Shown in pieces: positions 1 through 9,555 of a stretch of DNA of 51,673 nt. The position numbers and the translations under genes are program-made. The first letter of the stretch is position 1; every line of letters starts with the position of its first letter. The notes under the pieces are model-generated. The model was not told the DNA's origin, did no database searches, and was given only the letters and a program-made list of their open reading frames with translations. This DNA comes from Chitinophagaceae bacterium (lineage in GTDB: Bacteria > Bacteroidota > Bacteroidia > Chitinophagales > Chitinophagaceae), in the NCBI GenBank assembly GCA_040080515.1, contig JBEBIF010000001.1, positions 1 through 51,673 of the forward strand, in the 5' to 3' direction.

Positions 1-99
1 GCCCCTTTTATAATAGTTTTCATCATGCAAAGCACGGTACACAGTTGATCGACTAATTTGATATTCAGCCATTAGCTTTTCGTAGGTCCATTTATCTGG
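1..99. repeat. Terminal direct repeat, left copy (identical to 51575-51673); most likely circular-assembly overlap
   Basis: gcccctttta...tttatctgg occurs at both ends; an ORF reads across the junction. Confidence 0.95.
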
Positions 100-207
100 A
101 TTCTTAGTAGACATAGCTCTAGTAGAGTTATACTTATCCTGGATCTCTATAATAACTTCAGGTGAGATACTATACTTGTATTTCCAAGTGAATGATTCAA
201 TAGTCAT
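1..207 (-). CDS. Small HTH DNA-binding protein (70 aa) spanning the circular junction; continues at 51574 and stops at 51569
   Basis: Hand translation MTIESFTWKY...WTYEKLMAEYQISRSTVYRALHDENYYKRGG*; classic HTH pattern; not in the ORF track. Confidence 0.75.
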   Translation of the reverse strand, partial: MTIESFTWKYKYSISPEVIIEIQDKYNSTRAMSTKNPDKWTYEKLMAEYQISRSTVYRALHDENYYKRG

Positions 208-209
208 GT

Positions 210-2363
210 TTAAACCTTTGCAACCATTTGGGTTCCGCCTGTACGTCCTAGCTTAACCATACCACGTTGTGACAAGGTTGTCAGAATTACATCAGCGTCC
301 CTAGCCATTAGTCCGAACTTCTGCATTATTATACTTCTGGCTATTCCATTAGCATCAGCACCCTCTACAAAGGAGAATATCCTTTGTAGTTGCTTCTCAG
401 TTGTGGAAACACCGGTGTTATTAACTACTTGTATTGCATGCTCTTTGAAATTTTCTAGGTAGGATAACGCTTTGACTATATGAATCTCATCTACAGTGAC
501 TGGACCACCATCTAGCTGTTCTGACCCAGCTAGCAGAGAGGCTACTTTAATACCAGAAATACCTAGCCTAGTTAACATAGGTGTGAGTAAGTCAGATGTA
601 CCTGACTGCATCCCTATTGTTTGTAGAATCTCGTCTGCTGCATTGAACCTGCGCCATGCTGTATCAGTTAGTTTGAGTTTCCGGTATGATTGTGTGAAGT
701 TGGATCTATCCACTTGCGAGTAAGCATAATGAATATCACGTACTCTATCCAAGATGATCCGTCTTGATTCTACACCACGCTCAGTAGGCGGTCCAAGTGG
801 ACGAATCCTGTTGAAGTCTGCATCTGCCACGACAAATATAAATCGTGGGAAGAAACCGCTAGTGATATGGTTAGGTTGAATCAGACTATATAGTTTCTCC
901 TTCACACCACCTGTATACATAATGAATACAGGATCTTCTATAGCTACTGTTTCTTTCTTAAGCTGTCTACGATATGGCTTATTGTCGTATAGCTTAGTAA
1001 GCATCTCCATCATGCCAGCGTAGTAATCACGCTTATTCATTAGCTCTAGCAAGCCTGAGAATTCGTCTCTAAGCATGATAGATGGTATGCCAGCACGTAG
1101 AGACATGGCTTGCATGATCCCCTCTACAGAGCCGTCAGTAGCCATGAGAGCGTCTGGCGTTACTTCTACTATGACATCCATGGCCATATCCATGGTTGTA
1201 GATTTCCTAGTAAGAGTAGTATCAGCTACAATCATTAGCCATACATTTGGAATGATAGAGCCAAAGCTAGTATCTAGCTTCAAATTAGCCGCCATCAATG
1301 ACGACAATATAACTAGAGCACCACCGATGTGATATTGTGGGGGAGCATCACTAGCCTCTGTACCCCATTCCTTATAATCATCTATGAAACAACCGTAGTC
1401 ATCAGCTACGGATACCTCTTCGTTGCTCAGTAGATTTCTATCTGAGTTAACGTAACGAGTCTGAGCTACAGAGGCTCCAAAGCCTTTACGTTGGTGATAA
1501 GCTTGTGCCCGTTGTACTTCCTGCCATAGAACATTATCTGGACGTCCGTCCCTAGAGAATTTATTACAAGCTGCTTCTCGTACCACAATGAATACTTGTT
1601 GTGGTGTTGCTCCGACCTCGAACAAACACTGTTCAAGATCCCAGAGGTTGGTAGACCAATCCACCGTAGGCACTTCAGAGAATAACCGATTAACTCTAGG
1701 GTGCACTGAATTAGCTAGTGCTGCAAGAATGTCATGGGCTGTTTCATCAGGTAGCTGTGTAGGTATAGGTATTAGGATAGTTTCTTGTGAGATTTGCTCT
1801 AGCTCAGGATATACATCGAAATCAGAAAGTGTATAGACTCTACCATTATAGAATTCTTTAAGCCTCACAGCTTGAGCCGGCATATGCTTAAAGTTGTAGC
1901 TGTTAGGTACTCTAAGCATCTGGGTAAGATCCCAGCCAGTTTTATCGCATCCATCACTATGATGGTAATAGGCTATGCGCCTATTTATATTCTCTACATC
2001 CAGTGGCCCAGCCATATCTCTAAGCTTCCATATGGCTTGATGCCTACCTATGGAACTTTCGACCACTATGGATGGCGGTACCAATAGCTTCTCTGGGGGG
2101 CAATCGTCTAGATCAGCCCAGCAACAATAAGAATATGGTACATTTATCTTAGTTCTATTGCGTTTACTTAGTGGAGTAGGACAGAAATACAGATCGTGTA
2201 TCTGTTCGTGAGCCCTAAATAGCTCTTCTATATCGGTAGCTTCACTTGGAAATGCATACGAACGATCGACCCATTCTTTATCCTCACCAATCTTTAGCCC
2301 TATAGATACGTAACAGGGTTCTGATCCTACTAACCATTGGATCAATCCAACCCTTGTGTCCAC
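210..2363 (-). CDS. Primase fusion: N-terminal RepB-like (AEP) primase, C-terminal DUF3987-like P-loop/helicase domain
   Basis: WADLD, VESS-GRHQAIW and LRVP-SYN-K primase motifs; degenerate Walker A (TLTRKST) and Walker B (MLRDE). Confidence 0.75.
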   Translation of the reverse strand: MDTRVGLIQWLVGSEPCYVSIGLKIGEDKEWVDRSYAFPSEATDIEELFRAHEQIHDLYFCPTPLSKRNRTKINVPYSYCCWADLDDCPPEKLLVPPSIVVESSIGRHQAIWKLRDMAGPLDVENINRRIAYYHHSDGCDKTGWDLTQMLRVPNSYNFKHMPAQAVRLKEFYNGRVYTLSDFDVYPELEQISQETILIPIPTQLPDETAHDILAALANSVHPRVNRLFSEVPTVDWSTNLWDLEQCLFEVGATPQQVFIVVREAACNKFSRDGRPDNVLWQEVQRAQAYHQRKGFGASVAQTRYVNSDRNLLSNEEVSVADDYGCFIDDYKEWGTEASDAPPQYHIGGALVILSSLMAANLKLDTSFGSIIPNVWLMIVADTTLTRKSTTMDMAMDVIVEVTPDALMATDGSVEGIMQAMSLRAGIPSIMLRDEFSGLLELMNKRDYYAGMMEMLTKLYDNKPYRRQLKKETVAIEDPVFIMYTGGVKEKLYSLIQPNHITSGFFPRFIFVVADADFNRIRPLGPPTERGVESRRIILDRVRDIHYAYSQVDRSNFTQSYRKLKLTDTAWRRFNAADEILQTIGMQSGTSDLLTPMLTRLGISGIKVASLLAGSEQLDGGPVTVDEIHIVKALSYLENFKEHAIQVVNNTGVSTTEKQLQRIFSFVEGADANGIARSIIMQKFGLMARDADVILTTLSQRGMVKLGRTGGTQMVAKV

Positions 2364-2395
2364 CTACGTTCCCCTTATCATCTCTTTAATACAAG

Positions 2396-2430
2396 AAAGC
2401 TGGGGGAATGTTAGACACTCCCCCAGCTTT
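2396..2430 (-). terminator. Intrinsic terminator-like hairpin after the SSB gene
   Basis: AAAGCTGGGGGAGTG-TCTAA-CATTCCCCCAGCTTT followed by CTTGTATT on the minus strand. Confidence 0.7.
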
Positions 2431-2442
2431 GTCACTTACTAA

Positions 2443-2982
2443 TTAACCTGGCAGATCACTATTAGCCTGCGTAACTCCTTCAATTGCAGCGGGATCATAA
2501 GGAGCAATCTTAACGACGTTGTTGCTCTCGTTATAGTTGCCACGAGCAGGGCGAATAGCAAGAAGCATATTCACCTTACCCCACATAATCCCATCTCGCA
2601 GACTTTCGTAGCTGTGCTTACCTTCATTCAGTTGGTCGGTTGTATACTGTCCCGAAATAGTAGCCAATCCCTTAAGCATGGGAAGGTTCTGGCGAGCATG
2701 CCAGTAATTGTTCCAAACCTTGCGCCCAGCGTATGGGAAACCTTCATCGATAGTGAACTCAAACTGAGTACCCTTAGTCCCGACAGGAAGCTTTCCACCA
2801 GGAGTAACAGTAGTGATATCTCTGTAGCCCGTAACCACCATAGGATACCAACCAGCAGGAACAGCACCAAATCCAGCAGACTCTTCAATATCCGAGAAAT
2901 CAAGGAAATCACTATCCTCACCAGCAGCACCGATGCCACCAATGTCAGGCATATCCAGATCAGGTTCGTTTGTCTTAGCCAT
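2443..2982 (-). CDS. DUF669-like single-stranded DNA-binding protein
   Basis: F..VPAGWY...F.I....YAGRKVW pattern; position next to the Sak4-like ATPase. Confidence 0.7.
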   Translation of the reverse strand: MAKTNEPDLDMPDIGGIGAAGEDSDFLDFSDIEESAGFGAVPAGWYPMVVTGYRDITTVTPGGKLPVGTKGTQFEFTIDEGFPYAGRKVWNNYWHARQNLPMLKGLATISGQYTTDQLNEGKHSYESLRDGIMWGKVNMLLAIRPARGNYNESNNVVKIAPYDPAAIEGVTQANSDLPG

Positions 2983-3757
2983 TATAGTTATCCTTTGTTA
3001 TCTTACCGGAATAGAAATCGTATATGATTTGCATAGTAGGGTTAGCTATCGTTTGTGGCAAGGTCCTAGAACGGTCCTTAGCCATAACTCTTTCTATCTC
3101 ATCTGTTAGAAGGATTCTATCGGTAGTACCATCCTCTCTATCTTTCTTATAGAAATACCAAACCTCATCTACCTTGCCAGGCAACTCACCAACTAAACGC
3201 TTAGTGTTGAGCGATGGCATCATCATGGGTTTAGATGGTCGAGCGGCATCTAGAAACTCAAGTGCAGTAAAGAATACGTTGCATTCTAGAGCCTTGAAAT
3301 AGCGAATGAGTTTATGTACACGAGTCTGATTACGGCCCCAATCTTGTAGCTCAGGCTGATCAGGATCGTGCAACTTACCAGCAAGTTTAGATGCTTGTAT
3401 AGAGCGCTGTACAATTTCCTCAAGACCTATGGTAGCCATTTCAGTAATTGAGTCCACTACTATAGTCTTGTAAGGTAGCTTGCCGGCGTTGAATTCATTA
3501 AGAACGTCTTGAAAATCAGCCCAGCTACGAATATCTACCACATCTACATTATAGACTCCAGTAAGAGACATAGTCCCTTGCTCAGTGTCTAGGAATAGAA
3601 CAGGCGACATTTGCTCCACGTCAGCAGCAGAGCCTAAGAATGTGGTCTTACCTATACCAGGCGGACCGAATACTATACCATTTATCCAGGTGGGTTCAGC
3701 ACTGGACCTAACTGGTAGCTTCCCGATGTTGTTTAGGGTCAGTACTCTGTCGCTCAA
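2975..3757 (-). CDS. Sak4-like AAA ATPase / recombinase (AAA_24-like)
   Basis: GPPGIGKTT Walker A, FLDTEQG, TIVVDSIT, C-terminal AKDR. Confidence 0.8.
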   Translation of the reverse strand: MSDRVLTLNNIGKLPVRSSAEPTWINGIVFGPPGIGKTTFLGSAADVEQMSPVLFLDTEQGTMSLTGVYNVDVVDIRSWADFQDVLNEFNAGKLPYKTIVVDSITEMATIGLEEIVQRSIQASKLAGKLHDPDQPELQDWGRNQTRVHKLIRYFKALECNVFFTALEFLDAARPSKPMMMPSLNTKRLVGELPGKVDEVWYFYKKDREDGTTDRILLTDEIERVMAKDRSRTLPQTIANPTMQIIYDFYSGKITKDNYNG

Positions 3758-3917
3758 GTTGATCTTCCCATATAATGATAGACGCCAAAGGTGGATTAGG
3801 TGATATATGGAGATCCTTACTATCGTCTCGTGAGTTAACGATTTTCCAGGCTAATTCGTAGTTAACAGCCTGATCGACGATACTAAGGTCTTCTGTACTT
3901 AGTACATATATTGTCAT
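3708..3917 (-). CDS. Hypothetical protein
   Basis: Fills the gap between nuclease and ATPase genes with ATGA overlap. Confidence 0.4.
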   Translation of the reverse strand: MTIYVLSTEDLSIVDQAVNYELAWKIVNSRDDSKDLHISPNPPLASIIIWEDQLERQSTDPKQHREATS

Positions 3918-5068
3918 ACTACTGGTGCTCCATACGATGTGTTCTTAACGTAGAGCCCGCTAGTGTCTATCCATCTTATATCATCTTGACCACTGTGTCT
4001 AATCTTGCAAGGTGCTTGAAATGCACAGTACTTGCAGTTCAGCTCATTAGGATTAGGATATATCTTAGTTTCCTTATTGATGATATCCATAGCTTCCCAG
4101 GCAATGAACTTCTCGATCATCCTAAGATCTGTATCAAACTTAATTACTTCTTCTCTATGGAAGTACGTAGGTTCTTCATAGCTTGCCAGGAATTCAGCAT
4201 AATCATTAGGGTCGAATCCGTACCTCTCTATAGCTTTATTATAAAGCTCTTTGGTGGTACTTTGATGCTTAGCTTTCGACAAAGCCTTTCCCTTGTATAC
4301 AAGTTCTGGCTCATCAGGTGCGGATTTCTTAAGGATATTGAATCCTACACCAGAGACATCAATATTAAGTACATTACGAGCTGCCCAATAGTAAGCATTA
4401 ATTTGCTGATCAAGTTCTAGCCAACCGTACCCATCTACATCTAGGCGAGCTGTACTCTTTGTATCCCAGATGATTACTCTACCAGTGCGCTTATGTCTAA
4501 CTACTAGGTCTAATTGACCTTCATAACGAACGGGTACGGTTACGGTTCCTAGTCCTTCTATCGATACTCGCTCAGCAAGATAATGAGTATCACTACCAGG
4601 ATCAGTATAATAACTAATGTTTGAGTATTCACTGGCACCTACTTGAGTAAGAGGTATGGGTATACTAAACGGTACTTCTGTAAAGACTACTTCCCAATCC
4701 AGATCGGCAGTAGCAATCCATCTAACGTAGTGCTGAATCATCTCTCTACCTAGAGATTCATGCTCCAGCTTGTTATCTTCAGTAAAGTACTCTCCCATTC
4801 CTTCTCTGAGAGAATTCACAAATGCTGCTAAGGATTCTTGTACAACGAATTCTCTAGGATCGCTTGCTGTCTCTGGGTTATAAAGTACTTCTAGGCCCTT
4901 ATGTAAGGCAGTACCAAATACTAGTGGAATCGACGGACGAATAGGTGTGTAATTATACCTATTGGGTGAGGTATATTCCCAGAAAACTCTACATCGTTTG
5001 AAACTCATCCTGTCATGAGTACGTATCCTGGTCTTAGCAGTCAGTAGAGAGACAGGAGTATCCGTCAT
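3914..5068 (-). CDS. Cas4/RecB-like PD-(D/E)XK exonuclease with probable Fe-S staple (start probably MTDTPV at 5068)
   Basis: FKRC, FGTALH, EVPF, GQLDLV, WDTKS, QINAY, C-terminal CKYC-x5-C. Confidence 0.85.
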   Translation of the reverse strand: MTDTPVSLLTAKTRIRTHDRMSFKRCRVFWEYTSPNRYNYTPIRPSIPLVFGTALHKGLEVLYNPETASDPREFVVQESLAAFVNSLREGMGEYFTEDNKLEHESLGREMIQHYVRWIATADLDWEVVFTEVPFSIPIPLTQVGASEYSNISYYTDPGSDTHYLAERVSIEGLGTVTVPVRYEGQLDLVVRHKRTGRVIIWDTKSTARLDVDGYGWLELDQQINAYYWAARNVLNIDVSGVGFNILKKSAPDEPELVYKGKALSKAKHQSTTKELYNKAIERYGFDPNDYAEFLASYEEPTYFHREEVIKFDTDLRMIEKFIAWEAMDIINKETKIYPNPNELNCKYCAFQAPCKIRHSGQDDIRWIDTSGLYVKNTSYGAPVV

Positions 5069-5239
5069 ATATGCATTCCGTTCTGAGCACGCCATACAGC
5101 ATGAACAGCACTATCGTAGTTGGGATACGATACAGCTATGTGTGCTAACTCATCAGGCGTTACATGCCATAGTCTGGCTTCTCGAAACAGATAGTCGAGC
5201 CATCCTATGGAGTCGTCCCATCCATTATTTATAAATATC

Positions 5240-5563
5240 CTAACCGTCAGAAGTGTTAATTTCAACATCATCTGCCTCTCTAGGTGATATGTACCACTTA
5301 GTAAGTAGCTCAGCAGTGAGCCTAAAGGTATCCGCACTCGGCCAAGAAACCTCCTGATCAGCGAATTCCTTTAGGATCGCTACAGAGTTTGGTCGCACTG
5401 GATTATCCAGAGCTGTCAGGAATCTCTCGTATGGTATCTTCTCGCTTGAGGTATCAGCGAATTCTTGTATTCTGTCTACAATACGCAAGGCTTTAAGTAC
5501 CCTACCCCATGGATGCTGCTCACCTATGTGTACTCTCCTACCATCAGGAGATTTCATTTCCAT
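5240..5563 (-). CDS. Hypothetical protein
   Basis: Tandem minus-strand ORF, overlaps neighbour. Confidence 0.55.
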   Translation of the reverse strand: MEMKSPDGRRVHIGEQHPWGRVLKALRIVDRIQEFADTSSEKIPYERFLTALDNPVRPNSVAILKEFADQEVSWPSADTFRLTAELLTKWYISPREADDVEINTSDG

Positions 5564-5843
5564 CCTTTAGTGGCGGATCAAGTTTATCTAGTACCAGATT
5601 GTCGAATCTAACCTCCCATCCACGATGCAGATTGAATAATGTGTGCTTTGGCACATCTAAGGTACCACCTGTACTTAGTACGCTATGAGCCACAACATTC
5701 AAGATGTACTTATGCTTTGGCACGAACACTGGCGAACTAGTTGGTTGCCATTCCTCACGTAAGATATCAAGGTCATAGTACTTGCGTAGGATATAAGTAC
5801 CATCATCCTTACGTTCGCCCACCAATACGAAATCAATTCCCAT
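5544..5843 (-). CDS. Hypothetical protein
   Basis: Tandem minus-strand ORF. Confidence 0.55.
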   Translation of the reverse strand: MGIDFVLVGERKDDGTYILRKYYDLDILREEWQPTSSPVFVPKHKYILNVVAHSVLSTGGTLDVPKHTLFNLHRGWEVRFDNLVLDKLDPPLKDGNEIS

Positions 5844-6003
5844 TTATTTGATACTTCTCATTTAGCATCCTAGCTAGACATGTACCATGGAAGTCTAATG
5901 ACTCTGGATAATTATTTCCCATACTTTGAAGTCCTATCTCATAAGTGACTACACTTTTACTTATAAGTAACCCACAGTAATCACACTCGCGTCTAATGGT
6001 CAT
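5833..6003 (-). CDS. Small Zn-finger protein (56 aa)
   Basis: Hand translation MTIRRECDYCG...LDFHGTCLARML...; below the ORF-track cutoff; TAATG-coupled to the upstream gene. Confidence 0.6.
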   Translation of the reverse strand: MTIRRECDYCGLLISKSVVTYEIGLQSMGNNYPESLDFHGTCLARMLNEKYQINGN

Positions 6004-6197
6004 TACTTAGTCTTGTTTAAGCTTCTCATACCGATTACGCAGCTTGTATGAAAGTGCATTTGTACTGGAGGATTCTCGTCTATGTACTTTTGTGATCTTA
6101 ACTCAGATGTAGGATCGAATTTCTCATATGCATCCATATCATGAAAACTGTTAATTACAGCCTTGCACCAGTCGCAGATATATATAGTCTCTACCAT
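6003..6197 (-). CDS. Small Zn-finger protein
   Basis: CDWC...HFHTSC. Confidence 0.6.
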   Translation of the reverse strand: MVETIYICDWCKAVINSFHDMDAYEKFDPTSELRSQKYIDENPPVQMHFHTSCVIGMRSLNKTK

Positions 6198-6442
6198 GTC
6201 TGATCAGGCAATCCTGCGTATTGTTCCCAGTCTCCCTTACCATCTTCCATATGAATAGATACTATAGCACCACTCATAGTCATACGATTAACATTTAGAT
6301 GGTCTGTCCAGCGTGTACGATCCTCTATATACCTAGCCACATCATCGTACATATACTCTATAACTCTAAGTACTCTAATTCTTTTAGGGCCTGCTAATGG
6401 TGCCACGGGCATCATTACAGTAGGTTCAGAATCCTCAGTCAT
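6191..6442 (-). CDS. Hypothetical protein
   Basis: GGAGG RBS upstream; tandem packing. Confidence 0.6.
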   Translation of the reverse strand: MTEDSEPTVMMPVAPLAGPKRIRVLRVIEYMYDDVARYIEDRTRWTDHLNVNRMTMSGAIVSIHMEDGKGDWEQYAGLPDQTW

Positions 6443-6609
6443 GCTGTGCCTCCTGCCTCAATAAGTTTATTTACCGCTGATTGTAAATCGTTTATGTAGT
6501 AAGGTACATTAGGTCTCAAATAACCGTCATTATCCTTGTATGCTGCAATACAATAGTTTTTGGCAGATAACAAAGCATCAATCTCGTCAATAGTCAGATC
6601 TACGTTCAT
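6439..6609 (-). CDS. Hypothetical protein (56 aa)
   Basis: Hand translation MNVDLTIDEIDALLSAK...; ATGA overlaps on both sides. Confidence 0.55.
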   Translation of the reverse strand: MNVDLTIDEIDALLSAKNYCIAAYKDNDGYLRPNVPYYINDLQSAVNKLIEAGGTA

Positions 6610-6800
6610 TCAACTCCACTCCAGTAGGTGGTTACTTCCTTGAGCACTACTTCTACATGGTGAGAGGGATTCCGTCTGATATGCGCCTTTGCAAGATTCT
6701 TAGCCTTAGTAGATGGACCGCAAGACCATCGACAATCATCAGTCATGCATTGAGCCTCTGGATATAACTTAGCCTTAAATATCTGTATCTTTACGGCCAT
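6606..6800 (-). CDS. Small C2H2-like Zn-binding protein
   Basis: C-x4-C...H-x5-HH. Confidence 0.55.
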   Translation of the reverse strand: MAVKIQIFKAKLYPEAQCMTDDCRWSCGPSTKAKNLAKAHIRRNPSHHVEVVLKEVTTYWSGVE

Positions 6801-7003
6801 TACTTAAATCCATCGAATTCTTTAAGGCATTGAACACTACAGAATGTAACAGTCTTAGTATTTGGAATATCATACTTCGGATCACTAATAAATGGATACT
6901 TTCTATACGTAATCTCGTACCAGAGTTGTGGAAGGTAACTCTGTTTCTGTGTAGGTTTCTGAGCTTTACAGGTATCACAGTTAGCTACTACTTCAATGGA
7001 CAT
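6800..7003 (-). CDS. Small Zn-finger (TRASH-like) protein
   Basis: CDTC...FCSVQC. Confidence 0.6.
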   Translation of the reverse strand: MSIEVVANCDTCKAQKPTQKQSYLPQLWYEITYRKYPFISDPKYDIPNTKTVTFCSVQCLKEFDGFK

Positions 7004-7305
7004 TCAATTGCCTCTTGATATATGTGTGTACATCTAATCTGCGCCATAGGTTCATCCATGTATATCCTGTACACGCAATGCTTTAGTTCTATATCTCCTA
7101 CCCTTACAGTCGCATCCTCAGCGAAAGCCTGCTTGAGTCGCAACCTGTCTTGCATACCGGTGTGGATGAATAGACTGTACTCAGTCTGTACATCCTTAGC
7201 TACATCCTTATTGCTACCTAGCGGATAGGTAAATGTGCATATCTCATTATATGCGTATTGTATGATTGCATACTTATAACCATCTATTTGACATTCATAA
7301 TGCAT
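6988..7305 (-). CDS. Hypothetical protein; true start probably MHYECQ at 7305, just after the tRNA
   Basis: The ORF-track start (7332) lies inside the tRNA T-arm; in-frame ATG two nt after the discriminator. Confidence 0.6.
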   Translation of the reverse strand: MHYECQIDGYKYAIIQYAYNEICTFTYPLGSNKDVAKDVQTEYSLFIHTGMQDRLRLKQAFAEDATVRVGDIELKHCVYRIYMDEPMAQIRCTHIYQEAIECPLK

Positions 7306-7307
7306 AG

Positions 7308-7381
7308 TGGGACTAGTGGGACTTGAACCCACGACTACCGTCTTATAAGGGCGGTGCTCTAACCTACTGAGCTATAGTCCC
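7308..7381 (-). tRNA. tRNA-Ile, anticodon UAU; CCA not encoded
   Basis: GGGACTA-TA-GCTC-AGTAGGTTA-GAGC-A-CCGCC-CTTATAA-GACGG-TAGTC-GTGGG-TTCAAGT-CCCAC-TAGTCCC-A; full cloverleaf with one C-A mismatch in the anticodon stem. Confidence 0.92.
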
Positions 7382-7459
7382 GATAACCATTTACTAGCTG
7401 AACGACTTATAGTTCTGATAGTCGGTTGTACCCTACTGCCTTGATACTTAGAAGAATCT

Positions 7460-7915
7460 TTACTCTGAAGGCTTATTAATTGACATCCTTTCTGTATGTG
7501 CAATTGTATCCATGTAGCCTACAGCACGTTCGCTATTGAGATACCCGATAATATCCACTACATTTGTCTTCAGTAGTGGACCAGCGGGGCCAGCGCTATT
7601 TGGAGTCAAACGTTCAGCGATGACATCCATGCCATCTACCATGACAACACGATAAGAGTTACGCTTGCTATCGTGGAATGTGTAGGTAAGACCCTTGACA
7701 ATGTCTTGAGATTTCCAGATCTTACGCTTAATCTTAGGATACTTGATCTTGATCTTGTCTATGACTTGCTCAATTATGTTGTTCTTGAACCTAAGCATAA
7801 TGTCCTTATTGTAAGTTGCAATGTCTTCAAATTGACCTATACTCGCTAACATCTCAGCTTGCAGTTTGGGTAACTTGACCTTAACAGTGATGTACTCTTC
7901 ATTATCTGACATCAT
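7460..7915 (-). CDS. Hypothetical protein
   Basis: 151 aa ORF on the coding strand. Confidence 0.6.
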   Translation of the reverse strand: MMSDNEEYITVKVKLPKLQAEMLASIGQFEDIATYNKDIMLRFKNNIIEQVIDKIKIKYPKIKRKIWKSQDIVKGLTYTFHDSKRNSYRVVMVDGMDVIAERLTPNSAGPAGPLLKTNVVDIIGYLNSERAVGYMDTIAHTERMSINKPSE

Positions 7916-8009
7916 AATGTTTTCTTTATTTGGATAGACATAGTAGTCCGGACGTCAACACAACAATCATCATTGCCACTAAATGTGCTTTTGAACCAAT
8001 GTCCTGCCA

Positions 8010-8195
8010 CTAAGCTGCTCCTTTATCATACGTAACAATAACAGAGTCTATCCATAGTGCGCCATGGTTCTGCCCACGACACAAGCAACGGCATACGCCG
8101 TTAGTGTGCACAGCGCCAGCGCAGCTAACTGTACAGTGCCCGGCTCTGATCATACGTGCGATCCGTTCCTGTCTTGCCTTAAGATCCCTGATCAT
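8010..8195 (-). CDS. Small Cys/His-rich protein
   Basis: C-x2-SC...C-x-C-x-C-x-G-x-NHG motif. Confidence 0.6.
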   Translation of the reverse strand: MIRDLKARQERIARMIRAGHCTVSCAGAVHTNGVCRCLCRGQNHGALWIDSVIVTYDKGAA

Positions 8196-8201
8196 GCCAG
8201 C

Positions 8202-9065
8202 TCACGAATCAAAATAGAAATGTACACGACATTCACGTTCGCCGACCTCTCCAGCAAGTTCCTTCATGCTCTCTATGAGATCAGAGCAAGCGGCCCTGGC
8301 AGTTTGTACCCATTGAACCTTAGTGTAGTACTTCTTACCAACTTCTACTGGACAGACTCCTTGAATCAATCCAGACATGGTTTCGTTATCGACATGCCTA
8401 ATCATGGCGCCACTAACATCACCACACCATGAATGAGGACCGGTACCTGTAGCAGCACCTTTAGTTAACCACTCAAGATATTGAGACTTATCTACCATAC
8501 CGCGCTTATTACGAGCTACAGACCAATCGTACTTAGTGAATTCCTCTAGAGTAATCCAGCCAGCATCATGATCATAACTGCTCATATATTGGATGACTTC
8601 TGGGCAAGCATCCTCAGGTAACTCTCTGCCACTTTGTATGTATGGCCAAGAATCACCAGTGTCTACTCCAGCAAAGCCATAACCATTACGTACATTGGCT
8701 AGCACAGAGAATGCATTATAGTTGCGATTGTCATACCATTCCGTGACTGACCAACCACCACTAGATCCCTTTGCTTCTAGTACACGTTCCCAATTAGTAA
8801 TCTCACGTATGGCATACCAATCGTTAGAGTCAGTATTAACATAATCCCTATTTGATTGGATCTGGTCAATCGGATTGCAATATGTACATTTACGCGTTTG
8901 CCCATCATTGAATGTAATGGTGATTGCTCCATGGCACATCCAACACTCTTTAATGGGGTTGGAGACATGCCGCCAAATACCAGCGTCGTCTTTAGCCTCC
9001 ACGATTACGTGGATGTCAGTTCCCATTATGGGCCCCTTATATGTGTGTTGATTAGAACACAGCAA
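8202..9065 (-). CDS. Hypothetical phage protein (start may be MGTDIH) with inserted CxxC-CxxC ribbon
   Basis: MGTDIH...RNY-x2-F-x2-LANVRN...R-x-x-F-x-FDS pattern typical of uncharacterised phage proteins. Confidence 0.7.
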   Translation of the reverse strand: MLCSNQHTYKGPIMGTDIHVIVEAKDDAGIWRHVSNPIKECWMCHGAITITFNDGQTRKCTYCNPIDQIQSNRDYVNTDSNDWYAIREITNWERVLEAKGSSGGWSVTEWYDNRNYNAFSVLANVRNGYGFAGVDTGDSWPYIQSGRELPEDACPEVIQYMSSYDHDAGWITLEEFTKYDWSVARNKRGMVDKSQYLEWLTKGAATGTGPHSWCGDVSGAMIRHVDNETMSGLIQGVCPVEVGKKYYTKVQWVQTARAACSDLIESMKELAGEVGERECRVHFYFDS

Positions 9066-9098
9066 CCTGTACCCATACGCTGTTAGGGTACAGATTGC
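9062..9098 (-). terminator. Intergenic hairpin (terminator or processing site)
   Basis: gcaacctgtaccc / gggtacagattgc, with one G-U pair on the minus strand. Confidence 0.5.
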
Positions 9099-9104
9099 AG
9101 AACT

Positions 9105-9494
9105 CTAATCAGCGCTACTTAGTTCGTTACCTTCAGAGCTAATTAGACGTAGGTTTGAGTTTCGCTCGAAATGAATATCAATCACACGTGCATCAAGCAT
9201 CCTGATCTGTTCACGTGGGATGTAAATGACTCTCTCAGCGGTATCATAGCTGGCCAGAATGAGCGCTCCCATGTCGTCCACCAATGAAAGTTGATGGCCG
9301 AGACTCTGTTTGCACTTGAGCAATATATCCTCATCAGAGAAGTTATTGATATTGACAGTCTCATCAACCTCAATAGGAACCTTGATCTGGTGAGTAACTT
9401 CAGAATCCTTATCCTTAGGATCGTATGGATGAATAACTAGCTCGATGTGATATTCAACAGTAAAGTAATTGTTGATGTTGATCATCAGAAGCAA
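9105..9494 (-). CDS. Hypothetical protein
   Basis: ORF on the coding strand with upstream GAGG. Confidence 0.55.
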   Translation of the reverse strand: MLLMININNYFTVEYHIELVIHPYDPKDKDSEVTHQIKVPIEVDETVNINNFSDEDILLKCKQSLGHQLSLVDDMGALILASYDTAERVIYIPREQIRMLDARVIDIHFERNSNLRLISSEGNELSSAD

Positions 9495-9555
9495 TCCTCT
9501 TCTCTAGTGAACTTCAAACCCCATCGCATAAACCATAGTATGAATCTCTGTCTCA

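Noticed and set aside
1-99. Biological terminal repeat
   Set aside because: 99 bp matches a common assembler k-mer and falls inside a gene; more likely assembly overlap
3914-5068. CRISPR-associated Cas4 system
   Set aside because: No cas1/cas2 or array; context is the Sak4-SSB recombination module
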